Positions 34,691 through 46,522 of a stretch of 64,000 nucleotides of DNA are shown in pieces. Made by a program: the position numbers and the translations under genes. Position 1 is the stretch's first letter; every line of letters starts with the position of its first letter. Location: assembly GCF_006345805.1 (NCBI RefSeq), contig NC_043008.1:57846001-57910000 (forward strand), written 5' to 3'. The notes beneath the pieces were generated by a model that saw only the letters and a program-made list of their open reading frames with translations, did no database searches and was not told the DNA's origin. This stretch comes from Octopus sinensis (Eukaryota).

Positions 34691-34849
34691 CATTGGAAAA
34701 GACATGGCCTGACACGGAACAAGAAAATTTAAATTAAAAGTATTCGATTATGAAAATTACCTGGCAACGACGGAATACTCAGTTTGTGAGTGTGTAAGGA
34801 CTGGTGTGTGTGTGTGTGGTGTGTGTGTGTGTGTGTGTGTATGCAAATT

Positions 34850-35810
34850 AGTGACCGGGGTAAAATGAGTAATTTCTGATTTCTTGCTATTTTCTCCTTA
34901 CCTATTTGAAATCTTTGCATTGAAATTATTGTATCATTTTTGGAGCAACATTTGACTTCTTATTTTCTTTCTACCCATTTGAAACCGCTACTTTGCAAGT
35001 GTTGTACCATCTTTGGGAGTGAAAATTGGTCAGCATAATTGTTGCTGTTGTTAAAGTTGAAAGAGTTTGAAACATAGATGACAGGTACTTCTTTTTTTTC
35101 AAGAGATTTTTCCTCAAATTTCACCTGATTGTAATTGTTAATAAATTACCTGGATATTTTTTGGAATTTGAACAATCAATTTTCTTTTCTCTGTTGGATC
35201 CCAAGTAAATTTCTTCCTACACAAATGTCTAATTTGATAATTTTCAAATTTTAAAAAAATGATGTCTAAAATGGGGTAAAATGAGCCATTACTAATTTCT
35301 GTAATTTCTTCTCTTTAACTGCATCATGCGTAAATATAGCAGGAAGAGAGCCATTCTAGCAGATTGTAAAGAAGCTATAGAGAATATTTTATGTTGAGTT
35401 TTTATGATTTAGTCGAGCTTTGTTAATTTTATATCACATGCCATTTTTCCCTGACCCTCTTTCATTTGTCCTAAATAAAAAAATTTTGTAGCATTTCTGA
35501 TCTAAAGATGGATATTGATGTGTATGAGTCTTTTTCCAAATATAATTCTGGCAAATTAAAAAGACAAATTTAATGTATCTTGGCTTACTCATTTTGCCCC
35601 ACCCAAATTTGTCTTTTACATGTGCATAGAGAATGGTGATAATGTTCAGAAATAGGGTTCAGATTATGTTATAATGCTTTGAATGCATTTAGGGAAGGTC
35701 ATTTGCCTAGCTGATACAGTTTTCGTAAGGTTGTGAACATTTGTAAAAAAAAAAATTTCTTTTCAAAATCAAAAATGCAGTAAAAACTCCTCATTATACC
35801 CCACCCCACT
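34850..35810. mobile_element. Unclassified old TIR DNA element (GGGG(T/C)AAAATGAG ends); inverted relative at about 56155-56845
   Basis: 35270-35610 is a diverged reverse complement of 56165-56490; both elements have TIR-like ends. Confidence 0.55.
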
Positions 35811-36055
35811 ATATACATATTCTTTTATTCTTTTACTTGTTTCAGTCATTTGACTGCGGCCATGCTGGAGCACCGCCTTTAATCGAGCAACTCGACCCTG
35901 GGACTTATTCTTTTGTAAGCCCAGTACTTATTCTATCGGCCTCTTTTGCCGAACCGCTAAGTAATGGGGACATAAACACACCAGCATCGGTTGTCAAGCA
36001 ATGCTAGGAGGACAAACACAGACACAAACACACACACGCATATATATATATATAT

Positions 36056-36086
<31 letters not shown>

Positions 36087-36264
36087 TATATACGACGGGC
36101 TTCTTTCAGTTTCCGTCTACCAAATCCACTCACAAGGCTTTGGTCAGCCCGAGGCTATAGTGGAAGACACTTGCCCAAGGTGCCACGCAGTGGGACTGAA
36201 CCCAGAACCATGTGATTAGTAAACAAGCTACCTACCACACAGCCACTCCTGTGCCTATACATAC

Positions 36265-36298
<34 letters not shown>

Positions 36299-36319
36299 GT
36301 ATATGTATGTATATGTATA

Positions 36320-36363
<44 letters not shown>

Positions 36364-36644
36364 CATACATATATATATGGCATGTAAAAAGCACCCACTA
36401 CCACTCACGGAGTGGTTGGCGTTAGGAAGGACATCCAGCTGTAGAAATACTGCCAGATCAGACTGAAGCCTGGTGCAGCCTCCTGGCTTCCCAGACCCCG
36501 GTCGAACAGTCCAATCCATGGTAACATGAAAACGGACGTTAAACGATGATGATGGTATGTATGTATGTATGTATGTATGTATGTATGTAGTATGTATGTA
36601 TGTATATATATATATATATAATATATATAATATATATATATATA

Positions 36645-37030
36645 TAGAATGGTTGTCTACTGTCAATCTAACATGAACACGACAGTGGGGGGTTACACCA
36701 CCGCTGTTTAGCCCTAGGAAGCATCGACGCCTCCTGATGGCTTTGACACATTTTTCCTGTGTCCTTATATACATTTACGAAGGGGAGACAAACACCCCCA
36801 GCCGCCAGGGCTGCATCTAGAGACACGCGTGTTTCAGGATCATTGTCCTTCGTCGGTCTAGAGTAGCAGACGCCTGTCAGCTGTTGATATCTGCCTCGAC
36901 TCGCAATGTATATATCTAATGTACCCCGCCTACTGTCACGTTCATGTTAGATTGACAGTAGACAACCATTCTATTGCCCCACCACCGTACATATCTCTAC
37001 GAGAGATTTAGAAATTTAATATTTCTTATA
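36645..37030. mobile_element. Non-autonomous hammerhead-bearing element (family C) with inverted duplication, inserted in (TA)n
   Basis: 42-bp inverted repeat (36645-36686 / 36932-36973) plus a 3' tail, with (TA)n on both sides; homologous to 32200-32480. Confidence 0.7.
36811..36869 (-). ncRNA. Type I hammerhead ribozyme motif (family C)
   Basis: CTGC-TAC-TCTAGA | CCGACGA | AGGA-CAATGA-TCCT | GAAA | CACGCGTG | TC | TCTAGA-T-GCAG. Stems I, II and III all pair, stem III is palindromic and the cleavage triplet is GUC; U4 is C. Confidence 0.8.
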
Positions 37031-37254
37031 TATATATATATATCAGTATGTGACCTCGTGAAGACTACCTGCAATTTTTTTCCCTCTGTCCTCCTGCCTC
37101 GAGATCTTTCTTTCTCCTATGTTTCCGACGAAGAGCTCCGCTCGAAACGTCATACCCTCCTTCTTCCCTTCTTTCCTGAGCGTCCAATAATACGTTATTT
37201 GTTCCACATCCTCGCGTTGTTGTCTTTTTGTTTTCTTGTTTGGATTAACTTTAT

Positions 37255-37291
<37 letters not shown>

Positions 37292-37407
37292 GTAAAATTT
37301 AAATAATGAGGGTGATAAATTGAATATTGATTAATTAACATCAATTTAAAACCAGTAGCCTAGCATATAGAAAAATCTGAAAATTCAGAAAAATTGTAAT
37401 GTATATG

Positions 37408-37454
<47 letters not shown>

Positions 37455-38459
37455 AACAGAATTATGAATAAAGTGTTTTGCAAGACAGTCAAGCGCCAGA
37501 ATGGATTTTCTAATAAAGCCTTAAATTATATTTAAAATAATCCGCGTCTAACGTTGATTCCTGAGCGATGCACCATTTAAGAAGTATTGTGATAGTGTTG
37601 TAATTCGAAGGAGGTTTGGCTGCCATTTCTACCAAGTTCAATGACCGCACAGAGGCTAGCGTAGTTTGTTATGTTTGTATTGTTATAATGGGTCTATGAA
37701 GGATTAAATGGAAATGGGTTAACACTTGATTGTAAGTCGATAATTTAGGATAATCTGCTAAATGGAAGAAGATTTAATCAGGTAAAAAGGAAAAAAAGGA
37801 CAACGAAAAAAAGAAAAGAAAAGAAAGAATGGAAATAAATTGGTGCGTCGGGAAAATGAAAAAAATTAACATTTCATATAGGGTATTTCAATGGATAAGA
37901 ATTATCGTTTGATTAGGATCATAGACTCGTTAAATGTATTAGAACGAGCAATTCAATGCAGGTTGATGAACATAGTGTATATATAACACTGTATATAAAC
38001 TTCGTTTAGAAGTCGAGGAAAGAATAACGTCTGAATATTGGAAATTAAAGCTACTTAGACTAATTATCAATGAAGGATGTGTTGTAATTAATTATGGAGT
38101 AAGGCTAATTCGCATAATTTCCGGATCGAACAAACGGAATACATCATTTTTTTCTTTTATATATATATATATATATTTGTCTATATTCTTTTACTTATAA
38201 ATTGGCATTCGTTCAATAGTATTATAAATGTACTTTTGAATAAACAATCGCTATAAATACCAGAGAAACTGATGCGATATCCCCGAGGACTTTATTTGGA
38301 AGATGGAGAGATATCAACAGAGTAAATGCTCAAATGCTCTCTTAATTATTTTTGTCATTTGGTTAGGGTTGTGGTTATTTTTGTTTAACCTCAGGTTGAC
38401 CCCGATTGAGCAAGTTTATAATCAAAAGTATTCCAGAAATGACCAACCCACTCACTTTT

Positions 38460-39628
38460 TTCTTGGTTTCATCTATCAAATACTGCATTATTCATATATA
38501 GTTAAAGATATCACATGTGGTAATTTCCTATTTTACGTTCGTAAAATCAATTCATGGTAGAAATTGCATCAACCAACACAAGTATTCTTGTTGCACCGAA
38601 CCTTACGAGAAATGTCTTCCTGAGTGAAGCCGTAGGCTTAGCAATATGACAGAAGGATGATATTCTACAAACTGAAATGGCTGTTTTCGAACCAAACTAC
38701 CTTGACGAATGCTCGCTTTGTTTTCGCACGTATTGCAGTACCACGTTTTACTGTCGCTTTCGCGTGGTACGCTTGGCACATGTGAGAATTCTTCAGCAAT
38801 CCACGGCGCGTATACCAAGCAATACAAGTCGCGGATCTTTACCTTTTGACCGACAGATTTAAAAAACAATTTTTTGTAACTAAACACTTTCGAACTTTGG
38901 GCACTGGTAGAATGTGTCGTATAAAACATCTTTTACTCTTAGCGTTTTTAAGAAAAGATAATATTTAGGAAGTTATTTCACGTTAAAGTTGTTGTATTTC
39001 GGTAATTTCAACCAATCAATGACGTGTATTCAGTTGAATAAAATTACTGCCGTTGTTTGTCAACAACTATCGGCGGTGTATTTTTCGTTTGTAACTGCTA
39101 CTTATGACATGGTACGTGCGTCTGTACTAGCTTTAGCTTTAAGGTTTTAGGGTTAGGGTTTTAGGGTTAGGGTGTTAGGGTTAGGGTTAGGGTTAGCGTT
39201 AAGGGTTTAAGGTTAGGGTTAAGGTTGTCATAAATAACAGCGACAAATGAAATATACACCGCCGGAAGTTCTTGTTGACAAACAACAGCAGTAATTTTAT
39301 TCAGCTGAACACACGTCATTGGTTGGTTGAAATTAGCGAAATACTACAACTTTAACGTGAAATAACTTCGTAAATATAAGCTTTTCTCAAAAAACGCTAA
39401 GAGTAAAAGATGTTTTATACGACACATTCTACCAATGTCCGAAGTTTGAAAGTGTTTAGTTACGAAAAATTATTTTAAAAATCTGTCCGTCAAAAGGTAA
39501 AGATCCCAAGTCGCTGAATCTGACAAAGATCGAGCCAGTGTCGTAATAGAATGCCTTTCATTGATTATCTGCTGATCTGTATGTATTTCGTTAGGATTCA
39601 CAATAAAATAAGGAGCTCCGAGGCATCC
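38460..39628 (-). pseudogene. Merlin (IS1016/ISXO2-like) transposase fossil, interrupted by MITE 38833-39506
   Basis: Removing the MITE and one TSD restores ..SLSDSATC|IAWYTRRGLLKNSHMC.. Two frameshifts follow, giving ..SDSKTWYCNTCENKASIRQGS/WFENSHFSL*NIILLSYC*AYGFTQEDISRKV.CNKNTCVG*CNFYHEL..KIG..IDET. This is the Merlin Zn-ribbon, SIR.GSWF and VDWxNF.RE region. A GGAT-starting candidate end lies at 39628. Confidence 0.8.
38833..39506. mobile_element. Foldback MITE M2 (TIR GGATCTTTACCTTTTGAC), about 275-bp arms, central (TTAGGG)n
   Basis: 8-bp TSD CAAGTCGC; long inverted arms. Truncated copies lie at 25919-26470 and 43216-43520. Confidence 0.9.
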
Positions 39629-41906
39629 ACAAGACTTGCTAATCAAGTGGAAATGAAACTGAAAATAAAACAAATTTGATTTTACGAATGTAGAATAGGA
39701 AATTACCCACCATTTTTTTTTTAAAAAGAAGGCTTAAGGCGGCAAACTGGCAAAATTGTCAGCACGTCGGACACACTGCTTAACGACATTTCTTCCGGCT
39801 CTTTTTGTTCTGAGTTCAAATTTCGCCGAGGTTGATTTTGCCTTTTATCCTTTCGGGTTCCATAAATTAAGTTCAGCACTGAGGTTAATGCAATCTACTA
39901 TCCATTCCCCTAGAATTGCTGGCCTTGTGCCAAAATTTGAAATCATTTTTAAGTTTAGCCTCTCAGGGTCCACGTCAACCAGGGATGAACACGATCTGTA
40001 CATGTACGAGTAGGCCTGTACATATTTTTTTTGTTTTCAGTTCTGTCAATCCCCCGCCCAAGATTGGTACCTTTTCTTTTTAATCACCCCTGAAGGATGA
40101 AATGCAGTTAGCTAACCTCAGCGAGATTTTGAACCCAGAGCAAAGGCTGTTCGAACAGATACCACGAAGCCTTCCATGCAATGCTCAGGAGGAAGGAAAA
40201 CGGCAAGGAACTGGACATTTTTTTGTTTCATTTTATTTTCAATTTTTTTTCTTTAGTATACCATAGGCGCAGGTGTGGCTGTGTGGTAAGAAGTTTGCTT
40301 CCTAACCACATAGGTACCGGGTTCAGTCCCATTGCATGGTACCTTACGCAAGTGTCTTCTACTATAGCCTTCAGGCCGACCGAACGTCAGGTAGATCGCA
40401 CGCAAATGTGGCACCAAAAAATGCCTGTTGCTTTATTTTAAAAGAAGCGTAGAACTGAAATTTTTGCTATTATGACAGGAACCATCAGCTAATAAATCTT
40501 CCAAATTGTTGATTCCATCACAGTGGTGGCTCGTAGATAAAATTAGTTGGGATGCCGCTTCGGAAAATTTTTAGCCGTTGTTTTAATATTGTGTAAAAGG
40601 AAACAAACATATAAAAAGAATATTTATGCATAAACTTGATCGGTTCACGTTTTAGCCACTGCCGGGTAGTGTGTTTATTTTTTTCACTGAACACCACCGC
40701 GAATGACCCCTTGTTTTTCAAAAGTCCCCTCCTAAATCACAAAATAGGGGTGGAGAATCTGCCCTATTTTAAAAATCCTGGTAGCAACACCGAAGCAGGA
40801 AAATTAATCTAATTCTACAATTTATCACATTCAAGAATATAAACATGTTTTTAAGCACAACACACACGGAGTCAAACAGAAACACTACCTTTCACCTGCA
40901 CTGCATGAACGATAGTACTCTCTCTCCCTAGCGTGAAGCTTCCTATCTCGGACATATGAGCATGCGCACAACAGCCAAACACCGCGTCGCTGAAACTGTG
41001 AAGCGCACAGTTCTATACAAGGATTTTTGTATTTTTTTCATAAGCTAGGGGATGGCTACTGACATTAATCTTAAGGATTATATAATGTACAAGTATGAAG
41101 AAAGAACTATCGAGTGGAAATAGGGGGTGCTGCAGTTCTTTAGTGCATATACACGTTCTTTAGTGCATATACACGAGCCGTTAGTATTTCCATTACCATT
41201 ACCTTACTTCAGAGTTAGCTGTGTCCATTGTGTGATCGTCTTAAAGTTGCTTCAGGTAAACTCTAATCTTTTACAGTATTTCATCACGGCATTTTATGAA
41301 ATATCTTTAAGGAGAGAACAGCTCCGAGAACTGCAACTTTCATTTCATTATTACTCGTTTTATTATTATTATTTTTTTTTTTTTTGTTATCTCAATTTTG
41401 TTTTTATAACGTCCATGTTGCTAAACGTTATTTTTTTTTACCTCAGTCTCTGAATTAAGTGACATTAAGAAATTAAAACAAAGGTTGCAACATCTCTGAA
41501 GGCATCCCCTTCTGTCGTGTCCTTGAAATGAATAAATGAATAAATTCCGTACAAATATTTTCTGAATTTGTAGTGATTAGTCCAACTACTATTACATTGT
41601 AATTCAACACTTAATTAACATCATAATTTATGTGTGTGTGTGTGTGTGTGTGTGAGCTGACAGAATCATTACCGCGCTGAAAAAAAATGCTTAGCGGTAT
41701 TTCTTCCGTTCTGAGTTCAAATGCCGCCGGGTTCGACTTTACCTTTCATCCCTTTCGGGGTCAATAAAATAAGCACCAGTTGAACACTGAGGTCAATGTA
41801 GTCGATTTACCCATTCAGCTGAAATTGCTGGCCCTGTGCAAAAATTTGAAACCAGTATAACAACGTAAATTAAACTCATTAATTACATAAGAAAAACGAA
41901 ATATTT

Positions 41907-42304
41907 AGATCTTTTCGGTTTGAACGGCAGTTCTTAACATAATTTCTAGGTAACTAAAAAAATTTAAACTTCGTATACATCTTTTTCTCTTGGCTTTATT
42001 GAGAAAATTCTATAGTTTGTAAGGTATTTGTTGTTTTTTTCCTTCAATTTCTGCAATTTCAACCAATCAATGACGTCTATTGAGGTAAAAAAAAACATTC
42101 TGTGCCGTATGAATATGTCCCTCGTTTAAGAAATAGATTGGGTTTATTTACATTTGTGAAGAAAAAAAGATACCCTTCCCCCCACACCTAATCCTAACCC
42201 TAAAACAGATTGAAATGCAATAGATCGATACTAGGGTCATAATTATGGGTGATAATTTCATATGACACCGCTAGAAAAAACTGCCGTTCAAACCGAAAAG
42301 ATCC
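41907..42304. mobile_element. MITE M1
   Basis: TIRs (first G mutated to A); 8-bp TSD AAATATTT. Confidence 0.9.
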
Positions 42305-42329
42305 AAATATTTTTTTTATAGAAAACAAA

Positions 42330-42670
42330 AGCAAAAGCAGTTCCCGTTCTCGAATACGTTAACATTTTCCGACAAGTATTGTTTAAGCTCTTTTATAAAG
42401 ATTGAGAAGAAAATTCTGTGATCTTTCTTGAATATTGTTTCCTTCATCAGCTGTTATCTTCTTTCTGAGCATCATTTCAACTACTTTTCTCTTAAACATG
42501 TAGCCAAGATTAGCAGCCTCTCAAAATCTTCAGTATTTAGAATTCGAATCAATACGTTCCTATTTCTTGTTGGCAGCACTAAGATATCTGCAATAGATTT
42601 GATCAAACGGGAACGATCGGTAAAATACGTTTCATCCTCTGCGTTTGACCGAAATTGTGTATCTTCTTGA
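42330..42670 (-). pseudogene. Probable hAT-like (ZNF862-type) transposase fragment
   Basis: Frameshifted frames join to YFTDRSRLIKSI..LVLP..EDFE/AANLGYMFKRKVVEM..IQERSQNFLLNLYK/ELKQYLSEN, which resembles the post-catalytic region of ZNF862-like hATs. Family call is from memory. Confidence 0.4.
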
Positions 42671-43533
42671 ACATGCATTAAAATTGGATGTAAGAATAAA
42701 AATAATAACAATAAATATAAAGTATATTCGTATCACAATACGAATATACTTTATACGTATATTTCATAAAAATTAAAGAGCGAACTTAAGGGGCGATTTG
42801 GCTGAATCGTTACCGCGCGGGGAAATATGCTTAGCAACATTTCTTCTGAGTCGAAAAAGGTTGCCGAGGTTAACTTAGCCGTCATACCTTTATAAAATGA
42901 TTACCAGTGAAGCACAAGTAAATCGATGATATTGATTTACTCCTTCCCCTAAATTTCATGGCTTTGTGTCAAAATTTGAAATTGTGAAGTAAAGTAGCGG
43001 GCTGACAGAATCGTTAGCAACTCGAACAAAATCATTAGCGACTTTTCTCCTAGCTCTTTACTTTCTGAGCTCAAATTTTGTCGAGGTTAGCTTAACCTTT
43101 TCATTCTTTTGAGGTCGACAAAATAAAGTGCCGGTCAAGCAGTGAGGGTCGATTTAATCGACTTGCCCCCACTTTTCAAAAATTGTTGACCTTGCGACAA
43201 AATAAGAAAGAATGTGGATCTTTACCTTTTACCGTCAGATTTTTAAATAATTTTTTGCAGATTTTTACCTTTTGACCGACAGATTAAAAAAATACTTTTT
43301 GTAACTAAACACTTTCAAACCTCGTACACTTGTAGAATGTGTCACATAAAACATCTTTTACTCTTGGCGTTGTTGAGAAAATTTTGTATTTTGGAAGTTA
43401 TTTTTTGTTAAAGTTGTAGTATTTCAGTAATTTCAACCAATCGATGACGTGTATTCAGCTGAATAAAATTACTGCTATTGTTTGTTTTCAACAACTTCCG
43501 GCGGTGTATATTTCGTTTGGAGCTAGTGAAAGT

Positions 43534-43870
43534 TGTAGGGTCGTGGGAAGATGTCTTATAGTTGCTGACAGTAAACTTCATTTCTTCCTCTGACCATTAA
43601 CTTTAGTAGTTGCCTGCTTGTGACCGTGATTCTAGCGTTCCGCTCCCTAACTGACGGTAGCTGTCTCTGATTCGAGTTGTCACTCACTATCTAACTGATT
43701 GAGTTGTCACGAGCCGACTAACTGATTCTTGTTTGGAGTTCTTGCTTTTATAACTATCCAGAACGATAGACATATCGTTGAGAAGAATGATTATCGTAGG
43801 TGGTCTGTGATATCTCTAGTCTAGCTTTTAGTGAAGTAGAAAAGGTTAGAAGGGTCAAGTGGTGAAGACA
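43534..43870. mobile_element. Possible solo LTR (TG..CA) truncating MITE M2
   Basis: About 340 bp, TG..CA ends, short internal repeats (GAGTTGTCAC x2, CTAACTGA x3), TATA-like site. No TSD found. Confidence 0.3.
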
Positions 43871-43990
43871 TTATTTCGGCTTGCTGTCACAGAAAAAAAC
43901 CCATTGTTCCACCATGAGAAAAGTTCTGTTGAACTGTTACTTGAAATTTAGCTATCTAGGATCAAATCCACTTCATGCCTGCAAGACCCA

Positions 43991-44033
<43 letters not shown>

Positions 44034-44051
44034 GACAGACACACACACACA

Positions 44052-44089
<38 letters not shown>

Positions 44090-45907
44090 TCATGTGTTTT
44101 CACGACGGGCTTCCACACAGTTTCCGCCAACCAATTTCACTCACAATGCATTGGTTGGCCTGGTGCTACAGCAGCAGCACTTACCCAAGGTGCCACGCAG
44201 TGAGACTGAACTCAAAACCAGGCACTGTTTATACCATTATATTAATTAGTGCTTGTTTTGTAAGTAGTTTTGTGTTGTTTATTGTTGAGTAGAGTTAATG
44301 GAATGTATTAACGCACTGGCTTCTAGTTTGTAAAAAAAACAAAAAACAAAATAAAAAGTTGTTACTGGATTTTAAAGATTTGGTTCTTTTTAATCTTATT
44401 TATTCTTTCCAATTTGCCATTTCATAATCTTAAGAAGTACGAAACATATATGAAAAACATACTAGTTTTCCAGTATGGTCAATATAACTAAAACACCGAC
44501 TGTTCGGACACTAATGGTCTGGAATATCTTATTCAAGAGCAGAAGCTTCAAATTCCAACGGCCGTCAGACTAGTTTCCTGGTACCTTAGGCAGTACAGCA
44601 TTAAACTGGTATCATTTATACTGACTTACGGTAGCTGCGTTTCATTGAATTATTTCAGTAAATTCACTATTTGTTTAATTTAGAGTGTAGTTACCACTGA
44701 TTCGGAAAAAAATGTAATCCGGAATGGTCTTGGAAGCAAAAGTTCCAGAAAATTGGCGTTGTACCATCAGTTTGGTTCTGTAACGCTCTCAATAAGATTT
44801 TATTTTATATTGCAACTGGTGAACAATAGCGTCGGCAGAGATTTCATATGGCTTAATTATAAGTTTACTGCATTTCTGATGGCACAGAGGGACAAGGAAG
44901 TCTTTGTAACTCGATGCTGAACTAACACGAATAAAAAAAATATACAGCAGTAGGGAAGCGACTGTTTTCCGGCTGAACTGAATCTGCAATCCAGTTTTAA
45001 TTCCCAGTGATGTAGACAGCTCTATTCTTTTATTTATGTCAGTAAAACACTACTTTACGTCGCAGCACCCATTTCTCATGTCTCTGTGTGAATAAGGATA
45101 GTCGTCTACTGATGGATACTTGTTATAAACGAATACTTATGTAATTGATTCTTTTCATCATTATTTACAAGAGGCAAATAAATAAAGTATTAATTGATTG
45201 AGAAAGTGTGATGGAGATCGAAAAGGGAAGTGAATGAAAGAAAAGAAAAAAACTGACGGAGAGGTAGGAAAATTAATAAATACATAACGAACGAAAGAAA
45301 GAGAGAGGAAAGGAGAGAAGAAAGAGGCAGGTAGATAGAAATAGAGAAGTTTGAAGGCTTTCTTTAAATGTATAATGTGTACATAAACTTGAGCCATTCC
45401 TTAGGCGCAAAAAGCATTCTTAAGATATTTATTTCAACGATTCAAGTAGTATTTAAACACACTTTTCAAGCTACATATATAATAGACCCTGGATTGTTGG
45501 ACTAAGAAGAGTTATTTCTGCAACAAAGTGGAAACGAACTTGCTTTCAACGCTGCTGAATCCTGCGCATTATTGATTAGACAAGATCGATGTTATAGATT
45601 TGTCCTATCTTAATATGTAATGCATATATCATTCGCAGTGACTAACGACACTCTGAAAATTATAGAAGCAAATATAAAAGAAAAAAACAAAAAAAAAAAC
45701 AACTGCAGCAACAGCAGCTGGAAATTCGTGGGATAGTTCACTGATTTTTTTTTCTCACATTTTTGAGTCTCAGCAGCAGCAGACAAGCAGACGGCAGCAA
45801 CAGAAGCAGCAGTGAATAGCAGACGACCCGAATTCGAAACAGTGGTTGTTAAAATTGTTGTTCGCTGATTCCTTTTCTCTCTTATATATATATATATATA
45901 TATATAC

Positions 45908-46366
45908 ATAATATGTTACATTACTCGGTAGTTAAGATAAAACTCTGAGTTTCAGATGCCGAAGTGGAAATCCACAACACCATCTCTTCGGTTATCTGGC
46001 TATTCTTTCATAGAATAATCTATGTGATATGCATCCATATTAAATTCTTCTGTGTGTGAGAGTCCTCAACCGATGTTAGGCGATAATCCAAAAAGGCCGT
46101 ATTAGCTCTTAGTTGAGAATAACGTCGTCCGGGAGGTGATTTATTGGTAAAACGGTAAGATAACAAAAGAAAGAAAGAGACCTCAATATTATGTAAAGAA
46201 TAGCCAGATAACCGAAGAGATGGTGTTGTGGATTTCCACTTCGGCATCTGAAACTCAGAGTTTTATCTTGACTACCGAGTAATGTAACATATTATTGTAT
46301 AGATAAATTTCCTCTATTTACATAATATTGAGGTCTCTTTCTTTCTTTTGTTATCTTACCGTTTTA

Positions 46367-46372
<6 letters not shown>
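45908..46372. mobile_element. Family A hammerhead-bearing element with interleaved inverted repeats, in (TA)n
   Basis: A 45908-46008 / A' 46195-46295 (101 bp, 1 mismatch); B 46142-46197 / B' 46317-46372 (56 bp, perfect). Confidence 0.75.
46201..46272 (+). ncRNA. Type I hammerhead motif (family A, CCGAAGA core); inverted copy within 45908-46008
   Basis: Same fold as 34630-34690, with stem I AGATAA/TTATCT extended by TAG/CTA. Confidence 0.65.
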
Positions 46373-46453
<81 letters not shown>

Positions 46454-46522
46454 ATATTATCAATTGTACAAATATTTCACTAGCTTCACGTAGCTCTGTT
46501 TAGCATCACCTGAGCAGGCCTC

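Noticed and set aside
42481-42711. 76-aa ORF as a host-gene exon
   Set aside because: Weak splice sites; it continues through frameshifts into transposase-like sequence, so it is treated as a TE relic.
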